Positions 28,602 through 32,000 of a stretch of 32,000 nt of DNA are shown here, piece by piece. The notes below the pieces were generated by a model. The model saw nothing but the letters and a program-made list of their open reading frames with translations, had not been told where the DNA came from and did not search any database. How positions within the stretch are numbered: the stretch's first letter is position 1; every line of letters starts with the position of its first letter. A program made the translations under genes and the position numbers. Source of the DNA: Mycobacterium tuberculosis H37Rv (GTDB lineage: Bacteria > Actinomycetota > Actinomycetes > Mycobacteriales > Mycobacteriaceae); assembly GCF_000195955.2 (NCBI RefSeq), contig NC_000962.3:3030001-3062000 (forward strand). Direction: 5' to 3'.

Positions 28602-29231
28602 TCAGCTGGCGGTCTGGCGGATCCCCCCGATGTCCCGCAGAGCCCTGGCCACGTAATCGACACCAGTGATCACGGTGAGCAGGATCGCGGCGGCCATCAC
28701 TACCACCGCCGCAACGTGCAGCGGACCCGAAAGTGGCAACACGAATAAGCCAATTGCCACCGCCTGGACAAAGGTCTTCAGCTTGCCGCCCCAGCTCGCG
28801 GGAATGACACCGCGCCTAATAACCGCCAACCTCAAAACGGTCACTCCGAGTTCGCGGGTCAGGATTAGCACCGTGACCCACCACGGCAAGTCGCCGAGCA
28901 TCGACAATCCGATCAGCGCCGAGCCGATCAGAGTCTTGTCCGCGATCGGATCGACAAACGCACCGAATTCGGTTGCCATCCCGTAATTGCGAGCCAGCAG
29001 GCCGTCGAATCGATCGGTAATGCAGGCGGTTGCAAATATCGCCCACGCCACTACGCGGGCCGCGGAGTGGTGGCCGCCGCCATAGAACAAGGCCAGCAGG
29101 AAGACCGGGACCATCACCAGCCGCAACAGCGTCAGGATATTGGCGAGGTTGGCAATGCGGGCGCGGCCTGCTATCTGACCCGTTTCAGGCTGCGCCGACA
29201 CGGCAACAGAATAACGGGTTGACCTGCTCAT
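28602..29231 (-). CDS. pgsA3: CDP-alcohol phosphatidyltransferase, phosphatidylglycerophosphate synthase-like (209 aa)
   Basis: [25 protein letters not shown] and [30 protein letters not shown]: DGx2ARx8Gx3Dx3D motif. Confidence 0.95.
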   Translation of the reverse strand: MSRSTRYSVAVSAQPETGQIAGRARIANLANILTLLRLVMVPVFLLALFYGGGHHSAARVVAWAIFATACITDRFDGLLARNYGMATEFGAFVDPIADKTLIGSALIGLSMLGDLPWWVTVLILTRELGVTVLRLAVIRRGVIPASWGGKLKTFVQAVAIGLFVLPLSGPLHVAAVVVMAAAILLTVITGVDYVARALRDIGGIRQTAS

Positions 29232-29261
29232 GCGACCCTTGATGTCGATACTGTTTCACAC

Positions 29262-29786
29262 GTGACCGAACGTCCACGGGATTGCCGGCCGGTGGTCCGG
29301 CGCGCGCGAACCTCCGATGTGCCCGCGATCAAACAACTCGTCGACACCTATGCCGGAAAGATCTTGCTGGAAAAGAATCTCGTGACACTCTATGAAGCGG
29401 TTCAGGAATTCTGGGTGGCCGAGCACCCGGACCTCTATGGCAAAGTCGTCGGTTGCGGTGCGTTGCACGTGTTGTGGTCGGATCTCGGCGAAATCCGCAC
29501 CGTCGCTGTCGACCCGGCCATGACCGGCCACGGTATCGGCCACGCAATCGTCGATCGGCTACTGCAGGTCGCCCGCGATCTGCAGCTGCAGCGCGTGTTC
29601 GTGTTGACCTTTGAGACCGAGTTCTTCGCCCGGCACGGATTCACCGAGATCGAGGGCACCCCGGTCACCGCCGAGGTGTTCGACGAGATGTGCCGCTCCT
29701 ATGACATCGGGGTCGCCGAATTCCTGGACCTGAGCTACGTCAAGCCCAACATCCTCGGCAACTCCCGGATGCTGCTGGTGCTGTAG
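29262..29786 (+). CDS. argA: GNAT-family amino-acid N-acetyltransferase (174 aa)
   Basis: VRRARTSDVPAIKQLVDTYAGKILLEKNLVTLYEAVQEFWVAE...LGEIRTVAVDPAMTGHGIGHAIVDRLL acetyl-CoA binding motif. Confidence 0.92.
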   Translation: MTERPRDCRPVVRRARTSDVPAIKQLVDTYAGKILLEKNLVTLYEAVQEFWVAEHPDLYGKVVGCGALHVLWSDLGEIRTVAVDPAMTGHGIGHAIVDRLLQVARDLQLQRVFVLTFETEFFARHGFTEIEGTPVTAEVFDEMCRSYDIGVAEFLDLSYVKPNILGNSRMLLVL

Positions 29787-29791
29787 CCCGG

Positions 29792-29849
29792 CGAGCAGAC
29801 GCAAAATCGCCTCATTTCGGCACGAAATGGGCGATTTTGCGTCTGCTCG
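29792..29849. terminator. Bidirectional terminator-like inverted repeat between convergent argA and ftsK
   Basis: CGAGCAGACGCAAAATCGCC-T-CATTTCG / CGAAATGGGCGATTTTGCGTCTGCTCG, 27-28 bp arms with one bulge and about 3-nt loop; sits exactly between two converging stops (29786 and 29855). Confidence 0.85.
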
Positions 29850-29854
29850 GCGGG

Positions 29855-32000
29855 CTACTCGCCGCCGTCACCCCGGATCGCGGCCAGTGTGCCCGCCAAC
29901 TCGTCGGGCTTGACCAGCACCTCACGGGCCTTCGAGCCTTCGCTGGGCCCGACGATGCCGCGGGTCTCCATCAGGTCCATCAAACGGCCCGCTTTGGCGA
30001 AGCCGACCCGCAGCTTGCGCTGCAGCATCGACGTCGACCCGAACTGGCTGGACACCACCAGTTCCACGGCCTGCAGGAAGACGTCCATGTCGTCGCCGAT
30101 GTCGGGGTCGACGTCGGTGCGCTCCGCGGTGGGTTTAGCCGTGGTGACGCCCTCGGTGTATTCGGGTTCGGCCTGTTCCTTGCAGGCGGTGACGACGGCG
30201 TGGATCTCTTCGTCGGAGACGTAAGCGCCCTGCAGCCGGAGGGGTTTGCTCGCACCCATCGGCAAGAACAGGCCGTCGCCCATGCCGATCAGCTTTTCCG
30301 CGCCCGCCTGGTCCAGGATCACCCGGCTGTCGGTCAGCGACGAGGTGGCAAACGCCAGCCGCGACGGCACGTTGGTCTTGATCAGCCCGGTGACCACGTC
30401 CACCGACGGGCGCTGGGTGGCCAGCACCAGGTGGATGCCGGCGGCGCGGGCTTTCTGGGTGATCCGCACGATGGCGTCCTCGACGTCACGCGGCGCGGTC
30501 ATCATGAGGTCGGCCAACTCGTCGACGATGGCCACCACGTAGGGGTAGGGCCGATACTCGCGCTGGCTGCCCAGCGGCGCGGTGATGGCCCCGGATCGCA
30601 CCTTGTCGTTGAAGTCGTCGATGTGGCGCACCCGGGAGGCCTGCATGTCCTGGTAGCGCTGCTCCATCTCGTCGACCAGCCAGGCCAGCGCGGCCGCGGC
30701 CTTCTTCGGCTGGGTGATGATCGGCGTGATCAGATGCGGAATGCCTTCATACGGCGTCAGTTCCACCATCTTCGGGTCGATCAGGATCATCCTGACCTCT
30801 TCCGGGGTGGCCCGGGTCAACAGCGACACCAGCATGGAGTTGACGAAGCTGGACTTTCCCGAGCCCGTCGAGCCGGCCACCAGCAGGTGCGGCATCTTGG
30901 CCAGGTTGGCCGAGATGAAGTCGCCTTCGATGTCCTTGCCCAGCCCGATCACCAACGGATGATGGTCGCGACGGGTCTCTCGTGCGGTGAGCACGTCGGC
31001 CAACCGCACCATTTCCCGGTCGGTGTTGGGTACCTCGATGCCGACGGCGGACTTGCCGGGGATCGGTGCCAGCATGCGCACGCTCTCGGTAGCCACCGCG
31101 TAGGCGATGTTGCGCTGCAGCGCGGTGATCTTCTCGACCTTGACGCCGGGCCCCAGTTCGACCTCGTAGCGGGTGACGGTGGGCCCGCGGGTGCAGCCCG
31201 TGACGGCCGCGTCGACCTTGAACTGGGTCAGCACCTCACCGATGGCGCCGGCCATGTGGGTGTTGGCCGCACTGCGTTTCTTGGGCGGATCACCGGATAT
31301 CAGCAGGTCCAGCGACGGCAGCGTGTAGGGACCCTCGACGATCCGGTCCAGCACTTGGGTATCTTTGCGGCGGCCGCGTCTTCCGGAGCCCCGACCGGCG
31401 GAGGCTTCCGGTATCGTCGCAGTGTCATCCTGCGGAACCTCGGCCGACGGCCAGGCCGGTGGCCCGTCGTCGGAGCACAGGGGCACCTCGTCGTAGTAAC
31501 CGTCGGAGAAGTCCTGGCGGGCGACTTCGACGGTGTCCGCGTCGTCACCATCGAAGTCCGCGAAGTCCTCGAAGTCGTCGGCGTATTCCCGTGGCAACAG
31601 CCGGGTGCCGAACATGGCGCGCATGGCATCTGGCACCTCTCGGATCGTGATCCCGGCCAGCAGGAGCAATCCGAACAGCGCGCCGATGAATAACAGCGGC
31701 GCGGCGATCCAGGCGGTCAACCCGTCCGAGAGCGGCCCGCCGATCGCGAAACCGATGAACCCCGCGGCGCGCAAACGCGACTCCGGGGCCTCGGGTGAGC
31801 CCGCCCACAGGTGGCACAAGCCGAGAAACGACAAGCCGATCAGGCTGGCGCCGAGGATCAGCCGCGGCCGCGAATCGGGGTTGGGCGACGTACGCATCAG
31901 CACCACGGCCACGGCGGCGGCAACCAGCGGGAGCATGACCACTGCCGACCCGATGAACGTCCGCAACAAGGCGTCGACCCACGCGCCGAGCGGCCGGGCG
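29855..32000 (-). CDS. ftsK: DNA translocase FtsK (5' end outside window)
   Basis: [27 protein letters not shown] (Walker A), [37 protein letters not shown]-terminal gamma winged helix; frame is open to the window edge. Confidence 0.96.
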   Translation of the reverse strand, partial: ARPLGAWVDALLRTFIGSAVVMLPLVAAAVAVVLMRTSPNPDSRPRLILGASLIGLSFLGLCHLWAGSPEAPESRLRAAGFIGFAIGGPLSDGLTAWIAAPLLFIGALFGLLLLAGITIREVPDAMRAMFGTRLLPREYADDFEDFADFDGDDADTVEVARQDFSDGYYDEVPLCSDDGPPAWPSAEVPQDDTATIPEASAGRGSGRRGRRKDTQVLDRIVEGPYTLPSLDLLISGDPPKKRSAANTHMAGAIGEVLTQFKVDAAVTGCTRGPTVTRYEVELGPGVKVEKITALQRNIAYAVATESVRMLAPIPGKSAVGIEVPNTDREMVRLADVLTARETRRDHHPLVIGLGKDIEGDFISANLAKMPHLLVAGSTGSGKSSFVNSMLVSLLTRATPEEVRMILIDPKMVELTPYEGIPHLITPIITQPKKAAAALAWLVDEMEQRYQDMQASRVRHIDDFNDKVRSGAITAPLGSQREYRPYPYVVAIVDELADLMMTAPRDVEDAIVRITQKARAAGIHLVLATQRPSVDVVTGLIKTNVPSRLAFATSSLTDSRVILDQAGAEKLIGMGDGLFLPMGASKPLRLQGAYVSDEEIHAVVTACKEQAEPEYTEGVTTAKPTAERTDVDPDIGDDMDVFLQAVELVVSSQFGSTSMLQRKLRVGFAKAGRLMDLMETRGIVGPSEGSKAREVLVKPDELAGTLAAIRGDGGE

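Noticed and set aside
29837-31693. 618-aa + strand ORF opposite ftsK
   Set aside because: Antisense open frame produced by GC3 bias; FtsK motifs on the - strand explain the region.

Overview
The window is a Mycobacterium tuberculosis-complex-like chromosomal segment. Gene order and recognisable proteins match the H37Rv Rv2717c to Rv2748c interval; that identification is recalled from knowledge, no database search was run. Core content is nrdR, the LysM/SOS gene chiZ, lexA, an LGFP-repeat protein, a TerC-family protein, fadE20, hflX, dapF, miaA, a DMT-like membrane protein, a DUF349 protein, miaB, recX, recA with a 440-aa LAGLIDADG intein, a glycosyltransferase, ephG, PE_PGRS47, the clgR/pspA envelope-stress cluster, pgsA3, argA and the 3' part of ftsK. 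The best candidate for an under-described system is the locally less GC-rich two-gene cassette at about 16.8-18.55 kb between miaB and recX. It pairs a phage Gp37/Gp68-like (DUF5131) three-cysteine protein with a three-Cys-motif partner protein (TcmP), and the two genes converge with a 116-bp 3' overlap. Other notable items: a decayed partial duplication of the DUF3046/ephG region downstream of PE_PGRS47; a DUF5313-like ORF opposite the annotated-style arginine-rich ORF (Rv2742c-like); a FhuF-like cysteine-rich C-terminal remnant beside the recA SOS box; and two strong inverted repeats resembling dispersed mycobacterial terminator-like repeats.
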